A DNA stretch of 63,842 bases, the filler included, from Octopus bimaculoides (Eukaryota): NCBI RefSeq assembly GCF_001194135.2. It is 6 parts of 5 records of this genome, joined end to end, with 100 filler letters (N's around TTAATTAATTAA, not from the genome) between each part and the next. Parts side by side here need not be neighbours in the genome. Positions count along the whole stretch, not along the records: positions 1 to 5,618 come from NC_068984.1; positions 5,719 to 27,017 come from NC_068985.1; 4 more parts are not named here. The stretch is one strand, 5' to 3'. How positions within the stretch are numbered: position 1 is the stretch's first letter; each line of letters begins with the position of its first letter. Below are positions 1 to 12,530 of the stretch, one piece after another. The translations under genes and the position numbers were made by a program. The notes beneath the pieces are model-generated. The model had not been told where the DNA came from. It searched no databases and saw only the letters and a program-made list of their open reading frames with translations.

Positions 1-256
1 TATATATATATATATGTATGTATATATATGCATGTATGTATATATGTATGTATATGTATGTATGTATATGAGTGTGTATGTATGTATGTATGTATATGAG
101 TGTGTATAACAAGATCACATTTACTTTAATGTCCTTCTGTATAACGATAGCGTTTATATGCCTTTGTATGAATTCATATATGCATACATTCATACACACA
201 CATCATATGTACGTGTGTACTAAATACACATATACACATACACCTGCGATTGCTTC

Positions 257-328
<72 letters not shown>

Positions 329-662
329 TCTTTTAGTTGCTTTGCCGAGATTGTTTCAAGATTGACTCAAGGGATCAGAGTTTCGTGCCAATACATTCAT
401 CGGATATTTTGCTTGGGACTTTTGTCTTGGCACGAAACTGTACAACTTTGAGCCACTGCTGTGGCAACCTCAGCCAATATAACCTGATATAGCCTCTACG
501 TACTTAGGTCTCTTTCTCCCCTTTTTCTAAGACTAAAAGTTCCTTCAAGCATAGCGACGTATGTATATATTTATATGTAGATATGTTTATGCGTGAGTGT
601 GTGGTTGTGTACATGTGTGTGAGTACGTGAGTGCGTCTGGTTATGTTGATAAATAGACAGAT

Positions 663-725
<63 letters not shown>

Positions 726-1552
726 NNNNNNNNNNNNNNNNNNNNNNNNNNNNNNNNNNNNNNNNNNNNNNNNNNNNNNNNNNNNNNNNNNNNNNNNNNN
801 NNNNNNNNNNNNNNNNNNNNNNNNNNNNNNNNNNNNNNNNNNNNNNNNNNNNNNNNNNNNNNNNNNNNNNNNNNNNNNNNNNNNNNNNNNNNNNNNNNNN
901 NNNNNNNNNNNNNNNNNNNNNNNNNNNNNNNNNNNNNNNNNNNNNNNNNNNNNNNNNNNNNNNNNNNNNNNNNNNNNNNNNNNNNNNNNNNNNNNNNNNN
1001 NNNNNNNNNNNNNNNNNNNNNNNNNNNNNNNNNNNNNNNNNNNNNNNNNNNNNNNNNNNNNNNNNNNNNNNNNNNNNNNNNNNNNNNNNNNNNNNNNNNN
1101 NNNNNNNNNNNNNNNNNNNNNNNNNNNNNNNNNNNNNNNNNNNNNNNNNNNNNNNNNNNNNNNNNNNNNNNNNNNNNNNNNNNNNNNNNNNNNNNNNNNN
1201 NNNNNNNNNNNNNNNNNNNNNNNNNNNNNNNNNNNNNNNNNNNNNNNNNNNNNNNNNNNNNNNNNNNNNNNNNNNNNNNNNNNNNNNNNNNNNNNNNNNN
1301 NNNNNNNNNNNNNNNNNNNNNNNNNNNNNNNNNNNNNNNNNNNNNNNNNNNNNNNNNNNTATATATATGTATATATATACATTATATATATATAAATATA
1401 ATGGAGGAATTATACCAAATGTATAAGTGGATGATGAGTAAAGCACCACCACAGTTTCGATTACCTGTTATTATCCGTAGATTGCAGTAACTTCATAGTG
1501 GTGGTTGAGGGAACAGTATTAAACAGTGGAAAAAAAAAAAAGATTTTATTTA

Positions 1553-1594
1553 GTACGACACAGGTTTCGACCTGTTCTGGGTCTCTTCGGGTAC
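1553..1594 (-). ncRNA. Minimal type I hammerhead ribozyme (U4C core variant)
   Basis: Minus strand reads GUAC CCGAAGA GACC-CAGAACA-GGUC GAAA C-CUGU-G UC^GUAC. Stems I, II and III all pair; GUC triplet; AATAAA follows. Confidence 0.65.
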
Positions 1595-1999
1595 ATAAAC
1601 ATATATGCTATTCACATTATAATGGCTAGTATGTCAACTTACTAATAATTGCTGAAAAATTGAAGTGGACGTTTTACCTCACCAAGAAATAATATCTATT
1701 TTATATCTTAGTTTGCTAATGGAAAATATGTTCAGAGTACCCTGCTAGTGAAATATAAGTTGGGACACTAAAATTCTGGCCAGGTGGTATATCATTTGTA
1801 GATGTAATCAACATAAGCAGCAAAATCTACGTTCATTCATGCGAAACATTTAAGTCATTGAAAGTGCTCCATGATTCAGCAGATCTTCGGTGCTATGACT
1901 TTATGACTATGTGAATTAAATAAATGGAAGAATGGATCTCAAATTCGCTACTCAAAGAAAATATCACATTCTTAATGTTTATATTTTTTCCTTTTATTT

Positions 2000-2425
2000 T
2001 TTTATTTGTTTTAGCCATTTGACTGCGGCCATGCTGGAGCACAACCTTGAACGGTTTATTCGAACAAATCGACCCCGGGACTTATTCTTTGTCAGCTTAG
2101 TACTTATTCCACCTGTCTTTGCCGAGCCGCTAAGTTACGGGGACATAAACACACCAGAATCGGTTGTCAAGTGATGGCAGAGGGACAAACACACACACAC
2201 ACACACACATNNNNNNNNNNNNNNNNNNNNNNNNNNNNNNNNNNNNNNNNNNNNNNNNNNNNNNNNNNNNNNNNNNNNNNNNNNNNNNNNNNNNNNNNNN
2301 NNNNNNNNNNNNNNNNNNNNNNNNNNNNNNNNNNNNNNNNNNNNNNNNNNNNNNNNNNNNNNNNNNNNNNNNNNNNNNNNNNNNNNNNNNNNNNNNNNNN
2401 NNNNNNNNNNNNNNNNNNNNNNNNN

Positions 2426-2463
<38 letters not shown>

Positions 2464-2621
2464 GACGGGCTTCTTACAGTTTCTGTCTGCCAAGTCCACT
2501 TGCAAAGCTTTGGTCGGTCCGAGGTTATAGTAGAAGACACTTGGCCAAAGTGTCACGCAGTGGGACTGAATCCGGAACCATGTGGTTCGTAAGCAATCTT
2601 CTTACTAAACAGCCACGCTTT
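2000..2621 (-). mobile_element. Composite tRNA/CORE-like SINE, family A (head, internal microsatellite, tail)
   Basis: Head with A/B boxes and a CORE-like caccttgggcaagtgtctt, then (TA/TG)n with a gap, then the tail cttgacaacc...cgtaacttagcggttcggcaaa...gctccagcatggccgcagtc. Confidence 0.85.
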
Positions 2622-2849
2622 CGGCCCTCTATATGCAATACTTATTCTGTCCTTATACTGTTCATGTATTTAAGTATCTTATTCATCAAGGATTTTATTT
2701 TTTCCCATTCTTCCTATTATATTCCGAACTTTTTTATCAACATTTGTAGAACTTCATAATTTCACTTTATGAATGGAGTTATATTGGCGTATGGTACTGC
2801 TTCTGTATATTCGATAGAGATAATGTGATTAACATAGATATTATCGGAA

Positions 2850-3900
2850 TTTCAATTTTTGGCCATCGGATTTATACTTTCATCATCATGTGATAGTGTT
2901 TCTTTGTGATTAGTGTAAGTTTTGGGTATGCTTATTCTATCATTGTGTTCTTTTATAACATGTGGCTTCTATCATTAATCCTCAATTTCCGAGAAAATCC
3001 TATAGAGTACAAATATCTAATCCTCTCATGCTTTCTTACCTGGGCTTATCTATTGAAGTAGCACGCTGTTTTAAATGCTTGGTGAGTTCATAAGATATTG
3101 TTGTGCTTGTATGACCAATATAACAGTTCAAGTCGTGAAGTTTACAAATTTCAAGTTTGCCATTGAATTTATAAATCATATTGGTCATAAGTAGCTTCTT
3201 CTCGGGTTTATAGACTTATGGCTTGCTAGAGATAAAATTTTAAATTCAAATGATTTTGTAGTATGTTAGACTTTGCATTGGTATAATTCATTTTGCGTTC
3301 TGTTTTGAGAGGTTTTTGATAATGCGTTCATCTGTGCAATAATCCTTTGAATCATGTCTATGACCGTCATATTGCTATAATTTATGTATGTCTTTATTGC
3401 GCTAATTGCCTTCGTGAACTCTTCTATTCAATGTCATTATACCGTTTTTCATTCATCCTTTTCTCTGCTCTAGATTATTTTACGTACTTCGTTCGTGGAG
3501 AACAATATCTAGGTTCTATAATATAGGGAATTCACCACTGATATTTTGTATACGTGTGGATAGATGTCTATGTAAGTGTATCTAATCATGTCTCTTATAT
3601 TAACAGCCATTATATATCCGTTATTTTCTCTTCGAACTTTACGTTTAGAAAAGGATCCATTGTCTTTCAAAGGCAATATATTTGTATTACTCTGAAAGTT
3701 AAATATTAGTGCGGAGACGTTTTTAGGTTTTCTCTTAATTTCTTGATGTTTTTCAGTGTGATCACTTTCTGGAATATATATCTCTCACGTTTCTGGTGTA
3801 CATCATATATTTATGTCTTGATAGCACTTCTAGATATAAACATTCAGAAAACCATTCAAGCATAAACATATCAAGAAGCCAGTAGATTATTCATTTTAGG
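2850..3900 (-). mobile_element. Decayed Penelope-like element (RT thumb region plus GIY-YIG endonuclease)
   Basis: Minus-strand translation gives YPHVYKISVVNSLYYR (about 3515-3562) and MTNMIYKFNGKLEICKLHDLNCYIGHTSTTISYELTKHL (about 3070-3188), a GIY-YIG motif. Many stops. Confidence 0.7.
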
Positions 3901-4397
3901 TTAAATTTTAGGAGAATGCTTTATATCTGTGACAACACCTATTGTTTATGCGCATGATATTTAGGATTCAATGCTAAATTTTAAACAAAATGAATCATAT
4001 ATGTAAGGGTATATAAGGTATGTAAACATGTCTATTTGTCTATCTATCTATCTATCTATCTATCTGTCTGTCTGTCTATCTGTCTATCTATCTNNNNNNN
4101 NNNNNNNNNNNNNNNNNNNNNNNNNNNNNNNNNNNNNNNNNNNNNNNNNNNNNNNNNNNNNNNNNNNNNNNNNNNNNNNNNNNNNNNNNNNNNNNNNNNN
4201 NNNNNNNNNNNNNNNNNNNNNNNNNNNNNNNNNNNNNNNNNNNNNNNNNNNNNNNNNNNNNNNNNNNNNNNNNNNNNNNNNNNNNNNNNNNNNNNNNNNN
4301 NNNNNNNNNNNNNNNNNNNNNNNNNATATATATATATATATATATATACATGTATACATATACATGTATATATATACATATACATAATACATCTATT

Positions 4398-4655
4398 GGA
4401 GGATCGTGGTTTCGATTCCCAGACCGGGAGTTGTGTGTGTTTATTGAGCGAAAACACCTAAAGCTCCACGAGTCTCTGGCAGGGGGGGGGGCGACCCTTG
4501 TACTCTTCCGCCCCAACTTTCTTTCACTCTTTCTTCCTGTTTCTTGAGTAACGCTGCGATGGACTGGCGTCCCGTCCAGCTGGGAGGAACACATACGCCA
4601 TAGAAACCGAGAAACCGGGCCCATGAGCCTGGCTAGGCTTTAAAAAGGGCGAGAA
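4398..4655 (+). mobile_element. 5'-truncated tRNA-derived SINE with a V-domain-like central segment
   Basis: B-box-like GGTTTCGATTCC, then CTGCGATGGACTGGCGTCCCGTCCAG, which resembles the V-SINE core from recall. Confidence 0.5.
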
Positions 4656-5243
4656 CTAATATACGGCTACAACAGCTATTTTTTTGATGGTATTAAATTC
4701 ATAAAGTTAAATTTTACTAATAATCAAGTTTTACGGGATTTAATGTTTAAAAATATATAACTTGACGAAGTAGAATGTAGCCTTAAGAAGAGAAATTGAA
4801 CAGTAATGGACACGGTTAGGTGCAGCAACATTTAACCGAAAATATAAAATCAACATTGAATAACAATGAGGGATTTCATTTATCTGTTAGAGATTCACTA
4901 CAGGATAGCATCAAATAATCTTTATTTGGATTGATAAGTAATATCGTAGAGTATGGTTGTTAAAAATATTGTACGAAAGGTGAAGTGGTAGGGTTATATT
5001 AAAAAAAAATGTTTTGACTTTGAAGTTAAAATACAAGACTAATACAAGTTTTATATGAATGATGAATTTATAATTATATGGTGTGTTTGGATATCTTGTT
5101 CAGAAGTATGTTACGAAGGTTGAAAGAAAAAATTTAAATGATTTCTAATAGTAAACGATTATTAAAATATCTAAATTATAACCAAATTGTGTGATAAAAA
5201 GAGTTTTACTATTAACAATTTGATATTAATATACACGTGCCTC

Positions 5244-5618
5244 AAGGCGGTGACGTGGCAGAAACGTTAGCGCGCCGGGCAGAATCGCGATGGCAGAAAC
5301 GTTAACGCGCCAGCCGAAATGCATAGTGGTATTTCGTCTGTCTTTACGTTCTGAGTTCAAATTCCGCCGAGTTCGACTTTGCCTTTCATCCTTTCGGGGT
5401 CGATAAATTAAGTACCAGTTACGCACTGGGGTCGATGTTATCGACTTAATCCCTTTGTCTATCTTTGTTTGTCCCCTCTACGTTTAGCGCATTGTGGGCA
5501 ATAAAGAAATAAGAAACGTTAGCACGCCAGCCGAAATGCTTAGTGGTATTTCGTCTGTGTTTATGTTCTGAGTTCAAATTTCGCCCAGGTCGACTTTGCC
5601 TTTCATCCTTTCGGGGTC
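5244..5618 (+). mobile_element. tRNA-derived SINE, family C (Meta/Sauria-like core), two tandem copies
   Basis: TGGCAGAAACGTTAG A box, GAGTTCAAATTCC B box, core gtcgactttgcctttcatcctttcggggtcgataaattaagtacc. The family label is from recall. Confidence 0.8.
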
Positions 5619-5718
5619 NNNNNNNNNNNNNNNNNNNNNNNNNNNNNNNNNNNNNNNNNNNNTTAATTAATTAANNNNNNNNNNNNNNNNNNNNNNNNNN
5701 NNNNNNNNNNNNNNNNNN
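5619..5718. other. Assembly placeholder: 44 N + TTAATTAATTAA + 44 N
   Basis: The same 100-nt cassette recurs at 27018-27117, 52205-52304, 55924-56023 and 62728-62827. It has stops in all frames and is an artificial spacer, not biology. Confidence 0.9.
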
Positions 5719-5790
5719 GAGAGAAATCTATATTTACATATATATAAATATATATAGATATTTACGCACACACACACACATACGCACACA

Positions 5791-7007
5791 CACACGACAG
5801 AAGTAAATAGACACCCCATAAAACATTGTTTTATGCTTATTTTAACTTGAAAAGGTTTATATTTTTTATTAACGGACATTTTTATGCTTCAGGTTCTATA
5901 TGTGACTGTTTAATCATTCCACATACAACAGAAGCCAAATTTCAAAGGGGCCATATTGTGGGTCAATCTGAAGGTGGACTTAATCAGCGTAAAATCGCGA
6001 AAACCTTGGGATCCCGCTTTCTACAGTTAATAGCAATTCACCAGAGAGGGAAAAGAGCCCACATCACCTTGCCCATGTTAACCAGGGCCTCTGACAAGAC
6101 ACTTTGCTTTGTTAAGTGAAGTATGGAGGATAATCCTCATTGCAAGGCCTCTAACATAGCAGAATAAGTTTATGTCAGTCCCAGAACAGCTGTCAGGTAT
6201 CTCCACAAACATGGTTACTATGACAGAGCAACAAGAAGGAAGCCCCTCCTTCAACCAGCTAATATCAAGTGGAGAAAAAATTGGGCCAGTGCTATGATGG
6301 AGTGACTGCTAGAATTTTGAGACACTATAATATTCTCTGATGAGTCCAGATTTGCTGTATTATCTGACTGTGGTCAAGTGTGGGTCTGGAGACTGTAATC
6401 AAGAATTTGATGTGTAATGATTACTGCGAATAATGAAGCAAGGCTGCTATTCTGTGATGGTCTGGGGAACAATTTGAAGTAAAGGTCAATCAGGGCTGGT
6501 GGAGTGTGATGGAAACATAAACTCAGATAAATGCGTCTATATTGCAGAAGAAACTCCTTCCAATCTTCTCCAATGGTGAAATGATTCAAGAAAACTATTT
6601 ATGGAAGATGGGGCTCCTTGTCACACGGCTAAAAAGACCCAAGATCGGTTGGAAAAGAATGACATTAAAAAACTTCCATGGCCAAGCCAATCACCAGATA
6701 TGACCCTATTGAATACCTCTGGGGCATAATGGATGAGACACTTCGTAAAGAGAACAAGAAAGCGTCCTCAAAGCCAGATCTTTTGAGATTACTGCATGAA
6801 ACTTGGTAAGAAATTCCCCAAGAGAATATTCGTCATCTCATCAGTAGCATGCTTTATAGGATCCTTGCATTGAAAAAAAGTAAAGGGCATGTCTACTAAA
6901 TATTAAATATTCACATTCGAATAATTAATAAATAATTTGAATGTATTATTTCAGATTAAAATAAGTTTTAATGATTATAAGAGTGCCTATTTACTTCAGT
7001 TATGTGT
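5791..7007 (+). mobile_element. Tc1-type (DD34E) DNA transposon, decayed
   Basis: Frameshifted transposase with QRGHIVG..LNQRKIA (HTH), FSDESRF, MEDGAPCH and SPDM(N)PIE. Imperfect TIRs cacacgacagaagtaaatagacacc and rc cacataactgaagtaaataggcact. Confidence 0.85.
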
Positions 7008-8380
7008 GTGTGTGTGGTTATACATATATATATATATATATATAGTGTTCCACCAACCTGTTCATATTATTATTTTTATAAACGCCTTTATGTAAGTGGC
7101 TCTTCTAATTAAGTACCCCTAAGAAACTATATTATCATGTATGTATTAACTCTGGAAACTTTTAAAACTTATATAACACCTCTCAGTTTATAATTAATAT
7201 ATAGTTAGCATGTTCTATAGCCTATGTTCCTCTAGTAAATACCAGGTATCAGTCTTTATAGATACCACCTAATAACTAATAACTAATAAATAAATAATTT
7301 AGTTTAAATGATTGAGTTAATTAAGAAATTCTATAAAATCTTCTCTTTCTATTGATGATAATAAGGTATATTTACTTCATCATTATTTTTATAATAGCCC
7401 TTATGTAAGTAAACCTAATGTTTTTACCTCTAGAAATTTATATTAGCTTATATATAACAGCACCGGAAACTCCACAACTTATAATATACCTCTTAGATTA
7501 TTATTATTATTATTATTATATAGTTAGCATGTTCTATTGCCCCAGTATTCCTTTATTAAATTATGAGTAAATGCAAGTGATCAATCTTCATAGATACCAC
7601 CTAACAAGTAAATATTTAAGCATATGAATAAATATTAAACTAATTCCAAAACTAATTCTATGTAATTTTTTTCTTTCTCCATTGTTGTAAATTTTGGTAT
7701 ATACTCAAAATTATTCAAAAATTTATCATTTTGGTTATGACATTTTCTTAATATTTTTTGATAACCCTAAATTTTATCTTTATACAATATAACAATATTG
7801 TTTAAATTATTCAACTATAGTACCCTATGATAAAAATTTCCTCTGTATTATCATTATTGGTTTTATTATAGTCTTACCCCTTTAACTGGTAATTAACATC
7901 TTGATTTAAGATCTTCCTTTACCAAACCTCATTGTAGCCTGTTACTGTATACTACTTCAAAAAATTTTGACAAGTTTTATGACTATGCCCACTATGATTC
8001 CGTCATCTCCCTTATCCCCTTTCCTAACAGACACTGTTCTATTGTATTAGATTTTGATATACAAAGATTTGATAAGCTAGGACTATAAATCATAAAAATC
8101 AGTGACAAGCTAGAACCCTAACAAGTTTCTCTTTTTTTTCCTGATGTCTTAGTAGCTTCTAAGCTGAAGTGAAAAACAGCATGGACTTTGTCTTCTTACC
8201 CTCTTAGAGGATTTAAATAAAATTATACAAATGTGTCCGACTGTTTAAATTAATTCTATTTATTTATGCAGTTGAGGGTAGCTCTGCATTTAAATTGATG
8301 TAATGATTGCATTGTTCAATTAAATGGAGTCGCTTGAAACGATCATACTGCATCATCTCTGGATATTCTGTTGCATATTT

Positions 8381-8427
<47 letters not shown>

Positions 8428-8479
8428 ACTACACATACATACATACATACATACATACATACATACATACATACATACA

Positions 8480-8509
<30 letters not shown>

Positions 8510-8510
<1 letters not shown>

Positions 8511-11500
8511 CCTGATATTGACGCGAGGGATGTGAACGAAGTCGATCCTCAACATATAATCTTGGACATAACCTTTACTACTTCAGACATCATAGCAGTA
8601 ATAAATGAGATCAAATACTTTTCTGTTGAAGGACCTGATAGATTCCCCGCTAGTGTCCTGAAGGAATGTTGGTACCAACTTGCAATCCCTCCAGCCAACT
8701 TCAGTAGAAATTCTTTAGACTCAGGCTATATACTGAAGTAGCTCCTATCCCAGTCTCTCATCCCAATTTTCAAACAGGGATACAAATGCCTCTCAGTCAA
8801 CTATCGTCCAATCTCACTCATTTCCCATATCATCAATGTGTTTGAAAGCGTGGTGAGATCAAGGATAGCTAGCTTCTTGAAGAGCCCTAATCTTCTAAAT
8901 TCAAACCAGCATGGCTTTCGCTGCAGCAGGGACCGGGGATGCCACTAATGGATTTTTACACCCAGATCTGGGTTTTTTGGAGCAATGACAGGTTTATGGG
9001 TTTTAATTTCTAAATTTACATTACATCTGGGTTTTTAAGTTAGCTTTGACTGCAAACTTATCTTTTAAAGAGAATTCGGAGTCATACACTTTGTATGCAA
9101 TATGTACCGACGTTACACTTCTTCTAATACTTGGTAAATTTTCTATAGATCATCCATAATCATCTCATGTAATGAATTTATCGATACAAATATTGTATGT
9201 GACGTAATTACCGATCGTATGCGTTCATTACTTGTTTATATTTGTATCATACCGGGCAACTACAAGTTACAACGCGTTGGTGACCGCTTGTACACTTGTC
9301 TGAAACTCTGACACCGCCACTTGACAACTTGACTGTGTTGATTGTGTGCACTTCGATTGTTACTCGCGATTTAAAATTTGTTTAACAACATTTTGGGTGA
9401 GTGTTTTTGTTTTGTAACCTTTTGCAAAATAATGGCAGACAATAAGTGGATCCAAAATGAGGAAGTGGTATACCTAAAATTTCAAGAAGTCGTGGCTGGA
9501 GGATGCTAAGCTTAAAGATTGGTTACGGCAAGATGACAAAAATCCTGACACCTGCTACTGCGTTTGGTGCAACGTTGTGTTGAAAAATGCTAACAAATCA
9601 AATCAATGCTGTAAGCTCATAAAAACACTGCCAAACACAAGAAAGCTTTTGATTGTGCGAAATCTGCTATTAAATTAGATTCATTTATGGTTAAAAAACA
9701 GATGTTACATTAAATGAAAAGTAGCCAATGCAGACTTGCTTCTAACAGGTTATGTTGCTGAACATCACGTACCTTTTATTCATATAAATCACTGCTGAAA
9801 TTTGTAAAGAGGCCTTTCCCGTTAGTGAAATAGCTAAAAATCTACAAATGAAAAGACAAAATAACTTACATTATGCAGGACGGAATTGCACATTATGAAT
9901 GAAATGAAATCTTGGAAATTCTCAAGAAACAAAAGTTTTCAGTATTGATAGATGAGAGTTCGGACATCTCAGTGACACAAATTTTAGTAATAGTTCGCTT
10001 TTTTTGATGAACAATCACTTAATGTCAAGGATGCTCTTCTGGGTGTAATTGCAGCAGAAAATGGTTCGTCTCAGGGTTTGTACGATGCTGTCAAGTCTAC
10101 ACTTACAAAAGATGTATCTATGAGCAAAATACTTGGATTTGTCAGCGATAATTGCTCAACAATGATGGGTAACAAGAATGGGTTTCAAAAGTTATTGAGA
10201 AACGATATTCCGACTGTATTTACTATAGGCTGTGTTTGCCATTCGTTTGCACTTTGGTCTAGTCATGCAGTGAAGGTGTTACCTTCGTATCTCGAGTCCT
10301 TTTTAAAGGACTTCTTACTTTTCTCGAAGGGGCAAACGTCAAAATGACTTTAATATGATACAAGGTGTTGTTGGCACAAAAGAAAACAATATTCCAAAGC
10401 TTTCACAAACTAGATAGTGGTCGTGTGAAAATGTAATTAACGTTATAATAGAACAGTGGGACGCCCTTGTACTTTATTTTTAGTCTGAGGATAAAGTAGA
10501 AAAAGTGGACGGAGCAAAAAGGATCTAAGAAACTATGATTAACAAAGGGACGAAGCACATGTTGCTCTTCTTACATTATATATTAAAGAAAGTAAAGGCT
10601 CTTAATGCCGAGTTTCAATCGGAACACTTTCGACTGCATCTGTTGCATACACTCGTATCCAGTGAATATAAATGTATCCTTAGTTGCTTTATAAAAGAGG
10701 ATGTTTTAACTGTATCTAAGTTATCAGATATTGATCTTAATAACACAACAAATCACAAAGGTATGAGTGATATTTACCTATGTGGACGCGCAATGAGATA
10801 TCTAGAATAAAACCCCATTGTTGGTGATTCAGCTAGATTCAAAACTGATAGCAAAACATTTTTAATAGAATTATGCTCTCAAATAAAAATGGGATTTCCT
10901 CTCGATGAAGCTGGAGTGTTTGCTCTCTTAGAAATACTTGATCCAAAAGTAGCGTGCAATCTCACTAACTCTCCTCAGTCAATAATTCCCTTGGCATCAA
11001 ACCTTCCAGCAACTGCACCAGAAAACAAACTTGATGAACCAGCCGATGAGTGGAGATTATTTCAGCAATATAAAGATATACCTGTTTCCTCAAAAAGCAT
11101 CCCTGAATTCTGGTATTCTTAATTTGAGAGGCTGTCACAATTCATGACAAATTTAACGGTGTTACCTCGTTCATCAGCGCGCGTGGAGCACATATTTCCC
11201 CAAGTAAATTGCAAAAAGACGAAGTTCACTAATATGTTGAAGGCCGAAACGATCACCTATCGTCTTCTCGCTAAACAAGCAATTACAAGAAAGGGAGCGT
11301 CATGCATTTCTTGGGAGCCGAACGCTAAACTAATTGAAGATGTAGTGGATGGGTCTTATCACCGTAGATATACGAGTAGATTGAACTTCAAAAAGGAAGG
11401 AGTGATGAAGATGATGTGAGTATGTATAAAATTGACAATTAACTGCCATATGATATAAAGTATTAAATTCTGTATTCATTTTGTCATATAACATATTTTA

Positions 11501-12010
11501 TCATTAAATTACCAATTATATACCTATTTTCTAACATCTAGGTTTATAAAATAGGATCTGGGTTTTTTGTAGCAAATAATCTGAGTGTTTTATTATTTGA
11601 TGAGTGGCAACCCTGACAGGGACTGTCTAAAACAACTCTTATATCACGTCGATGACATCCTTAAAACCTTGGAATCAGGTTCGAACTCTGATGTCATATA
11701 TTTTGGACTTCAGTAAAGCGTTCGACAGAGTCGACCACAATATCCTACTGTCAAAATTGTCAAATATTGGAATCTGTGGAAAACTACTACACTGGACTGA
11801 GTATTTCCTGGAGAACAGAAACATGTCGTGATCGGTAGGATCCACTCAGTCCAGCAAAAGTAACCAGTGGTGTTCCTCAGGAGATTGCCTTGGGCTCGCT
11901 TCTGTTTATAGGCTATATAAACGACATTTCAAGCGTCATCAATCACAGCAAAGGGATAATAATCACCGATGACTCCAAGCTCCAGAAAATCATCCACGCA
12001 GAAGACCGCA
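8510..12010 (+). mobile_element. CR1-group LINE reverse-transcriptase fragment, split by a hAT insertion
   Basis: Left part has GPDRFP...NYRPISL...NQHGFR. Right part has CLKQLL...DFSKAFDRVDH...SGVPQ..LG.LLF..YIND..DD. Continuous once 8934-11615 and one TSD copy are removed. Confidence 0.9.
8934..11615 (+). mobile_element. hAT-superfamily DNA transposon, near full length, with a pseudogenised transposase (9432-11419)
   Basis: TIRs CGGGGATGCCACT and rc CAGGGTTGCCACT; 8-bp TSD gcagggac/acagggac. BED-finger-like C.WC..H, DESSD, SDN..MMG, CVCHS and C-terminal LPxSSAxVExxF dimerisation motif. Confidence 0.92.
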
Positions 12011-12530
12011 TGTATGTAAACAATTATATGAACGTTGACAGCAAGAATAGAGTCCTTTAGCTCTTATTTCTAGCAGTGTAGGTGTTCCAACACCTTCAGT
12101 CATATTTAATGACATTTCTTGTTTTCCTGTTTGGTGAAACTCTGCTAACTAGCTGCCTCATTTAATTATTTGCATCCACATTAGCGATTCGCTAAGTCAT
12201 CCATAAAATTGTTTATGGAGTATACATATATGCTTGTAGTTCGGCTGTGCGGAAAGAAACGAACTGTATCGGCTCTTCTGAGGATGCTTCGGCCTAGAGC
12301 TGAAACCGCACGGTAAAGGGATATTACAGTCGTCAATCTCCAGCTATCTACAGTCGCTGCCGGCATATATGTATACAATTGTATGCGCGTTGACAGCAGC
12401 AATAGAGCCTTTAGCTCTTATTTCTAGCAGTGTAGGTGTTCTAAAACCCTCAGTCATATTTAATGGCATTTATTACTTTCCTTTTTGGTGAAACCCTGCT
12501 AACTAACTGCATCATTTAATTATATACTCA
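12010..12530 (+). repeat. Partial tandem duplication (about 355-bp unit, about 1.5 copies) containing the hammerhead
   Basis: The block gttgacagca...tttagctcttatttctagcagtgtaggtgtt...cagtcatatttaatg...tttaatta occurs at 12034 and 12389. Confidence 0.85.
12273..12320 (+). ncRNA. Type I hammerhead ribozyme
   Basis: CUCUU CUGAGGA UGCU-UCGGCCUAG-AGCU GAAA CC-GCAC-GG UA^AAGGG. Canonical core, 5-bp stem I, GUA triplet; U.U at the first pair of stem II. Confidence 0.7.

Noticed and set aside
504-1452. Long ORFs in the track (X-rich, poly-YI, HT, CV, poly-I/D/H)
   Set aside because: They are artefacts of N gaps and microsatellites throughout the window, with no coding signal.
5663-5674. TTAATTAATTAA repeated five times in the window
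   Set aside because: It is always centred in 44 N on each side, so it is an assembler spacer and not a dispersed motif.
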